This document shows, one piece after another, positions 21,019-31,592 of a stretch of 64,000 nucleotides of DNA. The translations under genes and the position numbers were made by a program. The notes beneath the pieces were generated by a model, which ran no database searches, was not told where the DNA came from, and saw nothing but the letters and a program-made list of their open reading frames with translations. Source of the DNA: Candidatus Borrarchaeum weybense (lineage in GTDB: Archaea; Asgardarchaeota; Sifarchaeia; Borrarchaeales; Borrarchaeaceae); assembly GCA_019057385.1 (NCBI GenBank), contig JAHQJS010000004.1, forward strand, positions 598,408 through 662,407, in the 5' to 3' direction. Position 1 is the stretch's first letter, and every line of letters starts with the position of its first letter.

Positions 21019-21199
21019 AATGATACTTCAATATCATTTCTATTTAATAATGAAAAAATATAAGATAAACGAAATACTATTTGTATTTACAGCAATTTAA
21101 TTTCGTGATATAAGCGGGTAACAAAAGCGGGTATAGCAACCTGTTAGGTTTTACTAACGCAGGTTACCCCCGCAGTTGCAAGCAAAACGGTGATAAACT

Positions 21200-21535
21200 A
21201 TGTCAAAAGGTGCTGCTCTACTAGGCGGTATACTGATTGGAGCCGCCGTTTGGATCGAAGTGTTTGCACTCCTAGGTCTATCATATTATTGGTTGGTGGT
21301 GCCACTCATTCTCGGATTCCTAGCTGGCTTATTTATCGGAGGCTCAGGAGAGGCAAGCGGAGGTGTCTGGCTTGGCGGTATATTCCTAAGCGCAATGGTC
21401 GGCTTTTTCGTCTATTTCTTATGGTTCGATGTAAACCTAACGCCAATGTCTAATGCCGCATTACTTACCATACCTGCTAGTCTCTTAGCATTTGCAGGCA
21501 CATTTTTGATGGCGAAAAGTGCATCTTATTACTGA
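21200..21535 (+). CDS. Small Gly/Ala-rich 4-TM membrane protein
   Basis: Four hydrophobic segments; GGTGA ribosome-binding site upstream. Confidence 0.7.
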   Translation: MSKGAALLGGILIGAAVWIEVFALLGLSYYWLVVPLILGFLAGLFIGGSGEASGGVWLGGIFLSAMVGFFVYFLWFDVNLTPMSNAALLTIPASLLAFAGTFLMAKSASYY

Positions 21536-21711
21536 TTCATCTCCCTGGTCATCCTCCGACATTTTTTCCTTTTTTCTGATTTATTATCGCGAAGTTTTCT
21601 TGCTTATTCTTGTAGTTTATTTAACGTATGACTCTATGTACGAAAAAATTAAAACTTGAAAAGAAAAGCATATCAACCAGAAGGACTTTTTTAATTCTAG
21701 GAGGCAAAGTC

Positions 21712-22572
21712 TTGCTTAACAGTATTTGGATCATCGACAAAGACACGGGTACATGTGTATTCCTGAGGAGGTATGGGTATGGCATACCAGATGATCAAAC
21801 ATTGATTTCACGTTTCTTCTCTGCCCTTTGGAACTTTTTTCAAGAAATTGAGGGCCGGGGAATATCTACTTTGACTACAACTGAACTTGACTTTGCTCTA
21901 GCGGAGTCAGAAAAACTGCTCTTCATAGTTGCCACTGCCCGTGATTCAGTTCATCAATTGAAGATGGTCAGTTGGGTCAAGAATTTAAAAGAAGAGTTTT
22001 TGAAATCTTATGAAGAGGACTCTAATTTTCAAGACTCAAGATTTGTTGATGAATTGAATGAAAAACTAGATCAGGTATTAGATGCTTGGATTGACGAATA
22101 TATTGACGAATCGGAAGTTTTCTCTACAGCAGATTTACGAAGGGCATCACAATTAGGGACCGAACTCAATCAACTGTTGACAATGCGCTTTGGCCATCAA
22201 GGTCTTGAAACCCTTAAATCCTTGGATGGATTAAAAACAGTAAAAGATGTTCAGGAAGAGTCTGGACTCCCTAATAAAGAATTAAAAGAACTCTTTCGCA
22301 TTAGTATTCAACACGGTCTCATCGAACAATCACAAAGGGCCACAGATCTGCGTATACCCTATCGAACAACAAGCACGCCTGAAGTTTTCGCTTATGGAAC
22401 TCCTCTGAGAAATAGAGTATGGAATAGATTTGGAAATCGAGGAATTGATGTCCTTGGAACGATCGATGGGATACGCCATGTAAGAGATATTTCTGCTTTT
22501 TTGGGGATTGATATGGATATCGTGAAACAAATACTAGAATTAGCCCAAAAAGAGGGTTTAATCGAATGGTAG
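21712..22572 (+). CDS. Longin domain + two winged-helix repeats (NPRL2-like architecture)
   Basis: IWIIDKDTGTCVF..LISRFFSALWNF longin; repeats RFG..G...L..(L/I)DG...V.D...GLIE; TTG start after GGAGG. Confidence 0.7.
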   Translation: MLNSIWIIDKDTGTCVFLRRYGYGIPDDQTLISRFFSALWNFFQEIEGRGISTLTTTELDFALAESEKLLFIVATARDSVHQLKMVSWVKNLKEEFLKSYEEDSNFQDSRFVDELNEKLDQVLDAWIDEYIDESEVFSTADLRRASQLGTELNQLLTMRFGHQGLETLKSLDGLKTVKDVQEESGLPNKELKELFRISIQHGLIEQSQRATDLRIPYRTTSTPEVFAYGTPLRNRVWNRFGNRGIDVLGTIDGIRHVRDISAFLGIDMDIVKQILELAQKEGLIEW

Positions 22573-22606
22573 GTTATTAAGACTTAGTTTTGAATACAAT
22601 GGGTAA

Positions 22607-23161
22607 TTATAATTCTAACGCTTCGACATCTATAACAATCTGTTCTGTTAGTTGAGTGAAGGTATCTTCCACATGTAGTCCATCTTTTGCAGATGTTTCA
22701 AAGAAGGGTATACCACGTTCATCCGCAAAACTTTGTCCTTCATCAACTCCAACAACTCTTAACTCCTCAAGATCCTTTTTCGTACCTATTAAGATCGATG
22801 GGATGTTTCCACAATGCTTTTCGATATCACCAAACCATTTTGGCAAATTTTGGAAACTCTTACGATTTGTGATATCATAACAACAGAGTGCTCCTAGCGC
22901 TCCCCGATAATATAACGGACGGACATAAGAAAAGCGTTCTTGGCCTCCTGTATCCCATATTTGTAGCTTTACAGTAGAAATTTTACTCTTGCTTTCTTGG
23001 CTTATTTTCAATATCTTGATTGAGAAATCTACACCAATAGTCATTTTATAACTTTCTCGAAACTGCCCTGTGGTAAATTTACGCGTAAGCGATGTTTTAC
23101 CGACCGCTCCATCTCCGACAACGATCACCTTGAACAAATAATCGAAAGTCATTAAATTCAC
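22607..23161 (-). CDS. Rab-like small GTPase
   Basis: FDYLFK, GDGAVGKT, TIGVDF, WDTGGQE, TKKD, ETSAK. Confidence 0.93.
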   Translation of the reverse strand: MNLMTFDYLFKVIVVGDGAVGKTSLTRKFTTGQFRESYKMTIGVDFSIKILKISQESKSKISTVKLQIWDTGGQERFSYVRPLYYRGALGALCCYDITNRKSFQNLPKWFGDIEKHCGNIPSILIGTKKDLEELRVVGVDEGQSFADERGIPFFETSAKDGLHVEDTFTQLTEQIVIDVEALEL

Positions 23162-23467
23162 TTCATTCTTGTCATTTTAGTACGTATTTCTTCCCTTGTT
23201 AATTATAACTGCAGACAAGTAAAAAAGATTTTTCCATAGTATAAGTATTTCTTTCGTTTACTATACACATTTTTTGTATTTTCTAACACGTTCTAAAACT
23301 TTGATTTTCTTGGAAAAAGCGTTCTTATATCTGTTTTGTGGTTGCGGAAAAAAGTCTTAGGTAATAATATTATACGAAAGTTAAATATATTAGAGCGTAT
23401 CAAGTTTTGTTGTCTAACACTTTCCATTCGAAGCTTTCGTTATTAAGCTTATAATTGAGGTGGACAA

Positions 23468-23842
23468 ATGTCTGTTGAACCACGAGAGGATTTAATGGAA
23501 ATATTAAGTGAAATTGAGAGTTCAACTGATTTAGAGGCATGTGCAATTGTGACGAAAGAAGGATTAAGGATAGCCCATGCAACTGGCACTAATACTGATG
23601 CTGATATTTTTTCAGCGCTTACTGCTGTTATACTATCGATGGGTTATAAAGCTATAAATGAACTTGGTCACGGTGATTTCAAAGAAGTAATTATAAGAGG
23701 AACTGAGGGTTATACAATTGTAACCAGCATCGATAACGAGCACGTATTGGTAGGTGCTGGTCGTAATCCGATTCGAATTGGTTATTCTGCACTTGTTTTA
23801 AGAAAATATGCGCTGAACATGGCTTCAGTACTTGAAAAGTAA
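23468..23842 (+). CDS. Roadblock/LC7 (MglB/Ragulator-like) protein
   Basis: ACAIVTKEGL, SALTA, ELGHG, VIIRG pattern; 124 aa. Confidence 0.9.
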   Translation: MSVEPREDLMEILSEIESSTDLEACAIVTKEGLRIAHATGTNTDADIFSALTAVILSMGYKAINELGHGDFKEVIIRGTEGYTIVTSIDNEHVLVGAGRNPIRIGYSALVLRKYALNMASVLEK

Positions 23843-23967
23843 TAGATTTAGCAAACAAAACTTCTGAAAAATCTAATTCAGTAAATCTCTCTTTTTTAGC
23901 TTCATTTTAAGGAAGCAAATTAGTAATAGGAGTTGTGCTTTTGCTTTTTAATTGTTTTACAAGAAAT

Positions 23968-25725
23968 TTAAGTTGAAATGAAAATCGCAATGCCTTCTGT
24001 TTCGATAATCAAATTAAAGGACTCAAAATCTTTGAGTTTTTCCATCAATAACGGATTTTCTTGCAGTAATTCCACATTACCTTTATTTATTAAGACAAAT
24101 CGGGCATTATATTTGTTCATTATAGCAAGAATCTCATTTTCTTCTGTATTTAGTTCAAGCGCTTTTTTCACGTCTTCCTCTCTCTCAATTTGGTTTGTGT
24201 CTTCCCAATTAAGCAAGTGTCCTCTATCTAAGGCAATGGGGTACACCGAACACCAGAAAGGTAAGATATTACCTGTTTTAAGGTCTGTTAGAACTATATT
24301 TCCCTCTGGAATTATCGCTCGGATCGTTTCTATATCTTGGTCCGAGAGATAAAAAGAGTCTATATCAACGATTTCTCCTGTAAACGGTTTGTAAATTAAA
24401 AGACCTCCAAAAACTGATAATGGACCAATGGCAACTGCACTCAGAATTAGAACGGTTATTGCATTTTTAGGAAGTCTTATTCGGCCTGTCCCAACTGAAA
24501 TAGTCGCAATTTCTTTAATACCATATATCCCTATAGTAGCCACATTAAAATCAAGAAGAAGTTTAACAAACCTATATTTGTATATAGCGAATCCACGAAT
24601 CACAGGAATAAAATCTTCAAGTAAAACAGCTACAAAAATAATTATAATTACTCCAATTAAAGTATAAAGTAACAGGCGAATTTCTTGTTTTTCAAATGCT
24701 CCTCTATGCCAAATTATTATCCATCCAAGTCCTATAATTATCAGATAGAAAATGATGCTAATCGATTTGTAAAAGAAGAATCCCAAGAAATATTCTAGTG
24801 CGAAAATTCCTTCATTTAAGAATAATCTATCATAAATTGCCCCAAAACTGTTTTTTGTGAAGTCTTCTGTGGGGTACCAACTTATCAATCCTAGTATAAA
24901 TGATACAATTAAACTAATGCCAAAAACAATTTCATTAATTTTAACAGACCTTTTAATGAGTGAATTAAAGAAGATATAACTTACCGCTCCAATTAGGAAA
25001 AAAGTAGGCATCTGTACGTGAATAAGCATTCCTATTAATGCAAAAGGTATCGTTAAAAAAAGATGTCTTTGATTATCATTTTTTAAGTAGCGAACAAAGT
25101 AATAAAATGCAAATAACGTGAGGAAATTTGAACCGTTGAAGTGTATTGCAGGATAAAAAACACATGAGTAGACTGCAAATAATAACGCCGAATAAATTCC
25201 CGTTTTTTCATCAAAAATCTCTTTTGAAAGTTTATAAAATGCCAAAGTCGTCAAAACTGCACCAAGAGGACCGAAAGCTGATGCAAAGAGGTAAATTTGT
25301 AGGGGATGCCTAAGATTAAGCAATCCACAGAGGCCTCCTATAATTACCTGCGAAAGTGAGGTAGGTTTTGTCCAAAATTCCGTGCCATAGTGTACATCTT
25401 TTGCAGGATAATTTCCTATCGCAATTTCTTTAATCTTAGTGTAATAATCCCACTCAAATTCAGGGTGCATATTTGCACCAGTGGCATATGTAGATATAGT
25501 TGTAATTACAATGACAAGAAAGATGATTCCGAAGAACTGTAATTTTTCTTTCTGTAGAGAAAAAAACCAAAGGGCAACTATCGTACCGATTATTATGCCA
25601 AATATGGCTAAATACGCTGTCGTTCTTGAAAAAATAAACAAAAGTGAGAATACAAATTGTAAAATTATTGCACAAAAAATACATCCTACTAATAGGAACG
25701 ATTGCCGTTCCATCAATTTTCTCAA
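23968..25725 (-). CDS. Polytopic membrane protein, probable GT-C glycosyltransferase
   Basis: About 13 TM segments plus a C-terminal domain (IVLTD, YNARFVLI) similar to that of 18124..20157. Confidence 0.55.
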   Translation of the reverse strand: MRKLMERQSFLLVGCIFCAIILQFVFSLLFIFSRTTAYLAIFGIIIGTIVALWFFSLQKEKLQFFGIIFLVIVITTISTYATGANMHPEFEWDYYTKIKEIAIGNYPAKDVHYGTEFWTKPTSLSQVIIGGLCGLLNLRHPLQIYLFASAFGPLGAVLTTLAFYKLSKEIFDEKTGIYSALLFAVYSCVFYPAIHFNGSNFLTLFAFYYFVRYLKNDNQRHLFLTIPFALIGMLIHVQMPTFFLIGAVSYIFFNSLIKRSVKINEIVFGISLIVSFILGLISWYPTEDFTKNSFGAIYDRLFLNEGIFALEYFLGFFFYKSISIIFYLIIIGLGWIIIWHRGAFEKQEIRLLLYTLIGVIIIIFVAVLLEDFIPVIRGFAIYKYRFVKLLLDFNVATIGIYGIKEIATISVGTGRIRLPKNAITVLILSAVAIGPLSVFGGLLIYKPFTGEIVDIDSFYLSDQDIETIRAIIPEGNIVLTDLKTGNILPFWCSVYPIALDRGHLLNWEDTNQIEREEDVKKALELNTEENEILAIMNKYNARFVLINKGNVELLQENPLLMEKLKDFESFNLIIETEGIAIFIST

Positions 25726-25859
25726 GTTCTCCTTATAATGTCTTCTTAGATTATTTGTAGAGTGTCTTCATTCAGACTGCCAAAAATTTCCAATAAGATT
25801 TATATTCATCTCTGTATTAAACGCTCTTTATAAATGCATGGAATTTTGTCTATGTAGAG

Positions 25860-27521
25860 TTGGACGCAACAATGGAATCATTATTCACTGAGCAATTGAA
25901 AGCTAAAATTAAGGAGCATAAGGAACTTTTACTCATTCTAATCCTCTCAATCATTATTCGACTTTTATTTTTAAATCGTCCAGAATTACAGTCCAGGGAT
26001 GAAGGTGTTCATGCTGTAGTTGCCCAAAGCCTTCTTATTAATCCATTAAAGCCGATTCTTATAGCAAATCCTATTCCAGGTTTAGAAAATATTAGAGAAT
26101 TCCCTCATATTTTTTTAGAAAAGCCCCCGCTAATCTTCTGGCTAATGGCAGTTTCCTATAAAATATTCGGAGTGAATGAATTTGCAGTGCGATTTGTTCC
26201 GGCTGTATTTGGCATTATCTCAATTCTGCTTACTTATATGTTAGCAAAGCAATTTTTTGAAAAAAAGATTGCGTTACTTTCTGCTCTTCTTTTATCGCTG
26301 TGCCAGTTTAATGTAAAATATAGCCGTCAAGGAATGTTAGATGTCCCATTAACGTTTTTTAGTATTCTAACTCTTTTTTTGTTCATTAAAGGGTTCAATT
26401 CAAAGTCATCATCATCAATGTTGTTCGTATTAGCTGGCATTTCTCAGGGATTAGGGATACTTACAAAATGGCATGCTGCAATATTTCCGACCGTCACAAT
26501 TCTACTATTTGTCTGTCTACAAAAAAAATGGGAATTCCTTTTTTCTAGGAAAATTGCATTTTATTTTATTTCTGTTGTGCTTTCTACATTGCCTTGGCTT
26601 GTTTATATATATGTGAGTTTTCCAGAGGCCACTAGAGCCTTGCTCTTATTTGAGCTAGGTGGCCGCCCATCTTATGTGAGTTCACGAGGTCCATTTTGGT
26701 ATTTTGGCATGTTGATGTGGGGGTTAACGCCGTGGGCACCAATTACTCTAATTTCTGTCTTCTATTCTGCTTGGAAACGCAGTTCCGGAGATTTATTCCT
26801 TCTTCTAATCAGTGGGACAACGTTTTTTACTTTCGAGCTAAGTTCCTATAAACTATATTTTTACATCCTTCCAATAATTCCATTTCTCCTCATTCTGACT
26901 GCTCGATTCATCTACAAAATCATCTTACTAAAGGAAAAAACTATTCTTTTGTTTGCCGTTTCTTTAATCGGATCATTCGTATATATCTCTTTAAAAGGAG
27001 TTTTTCCGAATACTTTGTTTGGAATTGATCAACTATTGTTTTTATTGATAGTTAGTGCTGGTGTAGGACTTTATTACATTGCTATCTGGTTTTATGAAAA
27101 TAAAATGAATAATTCGTATCCAATTAAATCTGGACTCCTCCTGCTCCTTATCCCACTTTTTATCTCTAATCTTACGTTTACTGGAGTAGATATATACACA
27201 GAAGTTTCATATGGTGATGTGGGTATAAAGGAAATAGGATTTTATATTGAAAACCATTCTTCAGAGGACGATTATGTCTTTAGCACACCTGGTCTAGGTT
27301 GGTCAATAATGTTTTATGCAAAACGGTCAACCTATGAATTCCATGTTGTCCCGCGAGAGATTTTTGAAAACTATATTTTAGCGAAACAGGTGAAGTTTAT
27401 TGTCATTTCTGAGGAATTTCTTTCTTCTGCAAATCAAAAAGTAAACTTTGTTTTGACGCATTCAGTTGAAGTGAATATTCCAGGCGTTTCGCCTAGTTTA
27501 CATGTGTTTTCCGTAGTCTGA
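25860..27521 (+). CDS. ArnT/PMT-family (GT39/83) glycosyltransferase
   Basis: RDEG, EKPPL..WL, FGVNEFAVR, MLDVP, LTK. Confidence 0.85.
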   Translation: MDATMESLFTEQLKAKIKEHKELLLILILSIIIRLLFLNRPELQSRDEGVHAVVAQSLLINPLKPILIANPIPGLENIREFPHIFLEKPPLIFWLMAVSYKIFGVNEFAVRFVPAVFGIISILLTYMLAKQFFEKKIALLSALLLSLCQFNVKYSRQGMLDVPLTFFSILTLFLFIKGFNSKSSSSMLFVLAGISQGLGILTKWHAAIFPTVTILLFVCLQKKWEFLFSRKIAFYFISVVLSTLPWLVYIYVSFPEATRALLLFELGGRPSYVSSRGPFWYFGMLMWGLTPWAPITLISVFYSAWKRSSGDLFLLLISGTTFFTFELSSYKLYFYILPIIPFLLILTARFIYKIILLKEKTILLFAVSLIGSFVYISLKGVFPNTLFGIDQLLFLLIVSAGVGLYYIAIWFYENKMNNSYPIKSGLLLLLIPLFISNLTFTGVDIYTEVSYGDVGIKEIGFYIENHSSEDDYVFSTPGLGWSIMFYAKRSTYEFHVVPREIFENYILAKQVKFIVISEEFLSSANQKVNFVLTHSVEVNIPGVSPSLHVFSVV

Positions 27522-27596
27522 AACTCTCTATGAGGGTCTTAACATTATAGTAGCAATTCTCTCTAATTCACATTCCACATTTTTAAATATATTTAA

Positions 27597-28984
27597 CTTA
27601 ATAGGCGGGAACTCTCCTTCCAACAGGTGGGGGCTGAAAGTCGCTGGCTTTATATAGAGTTTATGGCTATAACCTAGTAAGTAACAGAGTTCTACGTGAA
27701 GTCCATGAAACTCACACAGAAAATCAGGATTTTTCCGACACCAGAACAGGAAGCAGTTCTCTGGAAACTTTCGGAGAAATGCAGGCTCATCTATAACTTT
27801 GCCCTTGCCGAGAGAAGGGACGCCTATAAACACGGGATATCGGGTGTGAATTACCGCACACAACAAAACGACCTGCCACTCATCAAACAACACTTCCCAG
27901 AGTATACGTGGGTGTATTCCAAGGTCTTACAGTATGCTCTCAGGTCGTTAGCCGCCGATTACGAGTCGTTTTTTGCCCTTCGGAAAAATGGGCATGCCGA
28001 TGCCTGTCTCCCGCGATTCAAAGGCAAACAGTACTTCACCACCATGGTGTATAACCAGTCGGGGTTCAGGATCAAACCCGGAAAGATTACCTTTTCCCAC
28101 AAATACAATGATATGCCTTTGGAGTTTACCATCCCTGACAAATTTTCTTTTGACGAAAAGCAGGTAAAACAGGTCGCCATCTCATCATATAGAAGTCAAT
28201 ATTTTGTGAGCCTCACCTACGAATTGGAAGACCACCCCTATGTGGATAACGGACGATACCAAGCCATCGACCTCGGCATTACCCATATCGTTACGGCGGT
28301 CAATTCCAAGGGGAAGTTCTTGATGGTGAAAAATCAGCGTCCTGACAAATATTGGAATCCGAAAATCGCCGAGGTACAATCGCGGAAGGATAAGTGTAAG
28401 AAGTTCAGCAAAAGGTGGAAACTGCTCAATAAGATCAAACACAAGTACGAGCGAAAACGGGATGAACAGACCCGTGATTTCCAGCATAAACTCAGCAGGA
28501 AACTGGTGGAAAACACTAGGGCTAACACTCTGATCGTGGGCGAACTGGACGTCAAACACATGGCACAATCGAACAAGGTGCCGAAACCCATGAGAGCGGG
28601 ATTGAACCGCGCCACACAGAACAGCGGGTCGCTGGGACGGTTCGTGCATTTTCTAACCTACAAGTCCAGGCGAGTAGGTAAAAGGACAATAGAAATTGAC
28701 GAACGAAACTCGACCAAAGAATGTTGGGTGTGCGGTAAACTGCACTGTATGCCAATTTGGAAACGAATTATGAGTTGTGACTGTGGTAACGTGATAGCGA
28801 GGGACAAAAATAGTTGTGTTGTCCTTATGAAACGTTATCTATCACAGAATGCCAAGTGGACAGGCTATCGGGTATTTCTCGATAATCTGCGATACACAGC
28901 CAAATGTAAAACGAAAGTTTCTCCCCCGGTAGGGAGTTAGGAGGACTCGCAGGAAGCCCCATCCGTCAGGGTGGGGTAGTTCAC
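27597..28984 (+). mobile_element. IS200/IS605 (IS1341-type, tnpB only) element
   Basis: Left hairpin near 27610-27633; right end GAAG-CCCCATCCGTCAGGGTGGGG-TAGTTCAC ending at 28984; no tnpA; left boundary approximate. Confidence 0.8.
27696..28940 (+). CDS. tnpB: TnpB RNA-guided endonuclease
   Basis: N-terminal HTH, RuvC residues AIDLG / VGEL / RDKN, Zn ribbon CWVC..CDC; catalytic triad intact. Confidence 0.92.
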   Translation: MKSMKLTQKIRIFPTPEQEAVLWKLSEKCRLIYNFALAERRDAYKHGISGVNYRTQQNDLPLIKQHFPEYTWVYSKVLQYALRSLAADYESFFALRKNGHADACLPRFKGKQYFTTMVYNQSGFRIKPGKITFSHKYNDMPLEFTIPDKFSFDEKQVKQVAISSYRSQYFVSLTYELEDHPYVDNGRYQAIDLGITHIVTAVNSKGKFLMVKNQRPDKYWNPKIAEVQSRKDKCKKFSKRWKLLNKIKHKYERKRDEQTRDFQHKLSRKLVENTRANTLIVGELDVKHMAQSNKVPKPMRAGLNRATQNSGSLGRFVHFLTYKSRRVGKRTIEIDERNSTKECWVCGKLHCMPIWKRIMSCDCGNVIARDKNSCVVLMKRYLSQNAKWTGYRVFLDNLRYTAKCKTKVSPPVGS

Positions 28985-29074
28985 GGTGAGACAAAGAACC
29001 AATTAACTACGAATATAATTGGACGAAGGAGAAACCACGCCTTTTGCCCACGCCAAAGATAAGGTGATGGAAAG

Positions 29075-31069
29075 ATGTCAGATAATTTCGTAACAGTTAA
29101 AGGAACGAAATATTACGTTGAAAACGGCACACTAGACCTTCACGGAAAAGGAATTGCTGATCTTACCGAAATCAAAGGATTAGAAACACTCACTGATCTT
29201 CGAAGAATAGACCTTAAGAAGAACCAAATAAAAGAAATTAAGGACTTAGAATATCTTATCAATCTCCGAGAACTAGATCTTAGGGAGAATCAAATAGAAG
29301 AAATTCAAGGCTTAGAGACGCTTACCAATCTCCGAGAACTAGATCTTTGTGTAAATCATATAAACGAGATCAAAGGCTTGGAAAACCTTACTAACCTACA
29401 AATACTGAATCTTTGTGACAATCGAATATCAGAACTCAAGGGCTTAGAGACCCTTACTGACCTCCAAGAACTAGACCTTGTTTGGAATCGAATAAAAGAC
29501 CTTAAAGCGTTGGAGCGGCTTACCAATCTAAGAAAACTTTATCTTCAGCACAATCAGATAAAAGAGCTTAAGGGTTTGGAGACGCTTACTAATCTCAAAG
29601 AACTGAATCTTAGTGAAAATGATATAAATGAGATCAACGGCTTGGATCAACTTACTAATCTCCAAAAACTAAATCTTAGTGGTAATCAAATAGAGGAACT
29701 CAAAGGATTGGAGCGTCTCACCAACCTCAAGACACTAATACTTAGTGTTAATCGGATAAGAGAAATCAAGGGTTTGGAAACACTCACCAATCTCCAAGAA
29801 CTATACATATGGGCTAATCCCATAAGAGATGATGAGAGGCTCTTAATAGGGCGACTTGGACAGGAACTTGTGAAATATTGTCAAGAGAAAACAAAAATGG
29901 AATTTGTAAAATTTAGAGAAACAAAGTACTACGTAAAAAATGGCAAACTAGATCTTTCTGGAAAAAGAATCAAAGATATTAACGAGATCACAGGATTAGA
30001 AACACTTGCTAATCTCCGAGAACTAGATCTTCAGCACAATCATATAAAAGACCTTCAGGGTTTGGAGATCCTTACTACCCTTCAAAAACTTAACCTTAGT
30101 GAGAATGACATAAAAGAGATCAGGGGACTGGAAAAACTCATAAATCTTCAAATACTCGATCTAAGTCATAATCGCAAAATCAAAGAGATCAAGGGATTGA
30201 ATCACCTTGTAAATCTCCAAGAACTAAACCTTAGTGACAATCAGATAAAAGAGCTCAAAGGATTGGAAACACTCACTAACCTTCAGGAACTAGATCTTAG
30301 TGAAAATTACATAGAAGGGATCAAGGGACTGAAGACGCTTAGTAATCTACAAATACTACATCTCTATGATAATCGGATAAATGAGATTAAGGGCTTAAAG
30401 ACTCTTACCAATCTCCGAAAGCTATACCTCTATGATAATCGGATAAAAGAAATTAAGGGCTTGGAGACTCTTACCAACCTTCAAGAACTAGATCTTTTTG
30501 CGAACCAGATAAGAGATGAAGAATGGTCTTTAGTAGAGAGACCCGCTCAAGAACTTGTGAAATATTGTCAAGAAAAAGCAGAAATGACGAAAGAGGAACT
30601 CAAAATCACTTTAAAGAAAAAAATTGATGAGCAATATATTGCGGATAATTTTGTGACGGTTAAAGGAACAAAATATTATGTCGAATACGGCACACTAGAT
30701 CTTCACAGAAAAGGAATTACTGATCTTACCGAAATCAAAGGATTGGAGCATCTCAGTTACCTCGAAATACTAGATCTTAGTTATAACCATATAGAAGAGC
30801 TTAAAGATTTAGAACATCTTTCTGACCTAAAAGAACTACATCTTTATGCGAATCAAATAAAAGAACTCAAAGGATTAAAAAGGCTTATTCAGCTCGAACT
30901 ATTAGACCTTAGGGACAATAATATAGAAGAAATTAAAGGGTTGGAGCACCTTGTTCACCTAAAAAGGCTATATCTCGGAGGAAATCCGATAAGAACAGAT
31001 GAACACTATCTTATACCAAGACCTGCGCAAGAAGTTGTGAGATACTGCCAAGAAAAACTGAAAAAGTAA
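29075..31069 (+). CDS. Leucine-rich repeat protein (SDS22/internalin-like) built of three capped LRR cassettes
   Basis: 22-aa LxxLxLxxNxIxEIKGLExL repeats; repeated N-cap FVxVKGTKYYV and C-cap AQELVKYCQEK. Confidence 0.93.
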   Translation: MSDNFVTVKGTKYYVENGTLDLHGKGIADLTEIKGLETLTDLRRIDLKKNQIKEIKDLEYLINLRELDLRENQIEEIQGLETLTNLRELDLCVNHINEIKGLENLTNLQILNLCDNRISELKGLETLTDLQELDLVWNRIKDLKALERLTNLRKLYLQHNQIKELKGLETLTNLKELNLSENDINEINGLDQLTNLQKLNLSGNQIEELKGLERLTNLKTLILSVNRIREIKGLETLTNLQELYIWANPIRDDERLLIGRLGQELVKYCQEKTKMEFVKFRETKYYVKNGKLDLSGKRIKDINEITGLETLANLRELDLQHNHIKDLQGLEILTTLQKLNLSENDIKEIRGLEKLINLQILDLSHNRKIKEIKGLNHLVNLQELNLSDNQIKELKGLETLTNLQELDLSENYIEGIKGLKTLSNLQILHLYDNRINEIKGLKTLTNLRKLYLYDNRIKEIKGLETLTNLQELDLFANQIRDEEWSLVERPAQELVKYCQEKAEMTKEELKITLKKKIDEQYIADNFVTVKGTKYYVEYGTLDLHRKGITDLTEIKGLEHLSYLEILDLSYNHIEELKDLEHLSDLKELHLYANQIKELKGLKRLIQLELLDLRDNNIEEIKGLEHLVHLKRLYLGGNPIRTDEHYLIPRPAQEVVRYCQEKLKK

Positions 31070-31136
31070 AGAAATGAGTGGCAACGCTTATTTTGAATGA
31101 GTTTTGACCCCTTCTAGAATATCTTTTAATTGGCGT

Positions 31137-31331
31137 TTAGGCTCTCAATCCTTTCACTATAAATCGTAATCCTAGAAGCAAGAGAAAAAAAGCGAGTCCA
31201 TAGGCGAAAATCGGTACAAATGGTGAATATGGATATAACTGTATCCATACCGCTTGATTTAGAATTATTAGAAGGAGAATACCAATAATAATGCAGCTTA
31301 CTCCCACTATCATAAAACTTAACTGTTTCAT
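31137..31331 (-). CDS. Small 2-TM membrane protein
   Basis: ATG at 31331 after GGAGG; two hydrophobic helices. Confidence 0.6.
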   Translation of the reverse strand: MKQLSFMIVGVSCIIIGILLLIILNQAVWIQLYPYSPFVPIFAYGLAFFLLLLGLRFIVKGLRA

Positions 31332-31383
31332 TGCCTCCCTCTCCGTAAAACCTCTCTTAAAGGCTAGACTAATTAGATCAAAG

Positions 31384-31575
31384 TTATTCAGTTTCGCTTG
31401 AGGCATCTGCATGTCCGATTTGCGCACGTTTTAGTGCGACATTTATTTTTCGCTTGTCTGTTCCAATGGTTTTTATGATTTTTTCAATTAATCTCCGAGT
31501 CTTAGCACCTTTAAGACCTCTCTCTTTCATAATTTCCTTTGCATATTCCTTTGCAAATTCGTCACTGTTGCTCAT
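31384..31575 (-). CDS. Small basic helical hypothetical protein
   Basis: 63 aa, GGTGA ribosome-binding site, in a run of co-oriented genes. Confidence 0.55.
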   Translation of the reverse strand: MSNSDEFAKEYAKEIMKERGLKGAKTRRLIEKIIKTIGTDKRKINVALKRAQIGHADASSETE

Positions 31576-31592
31576 ATTGTCACCTGTTTTTT

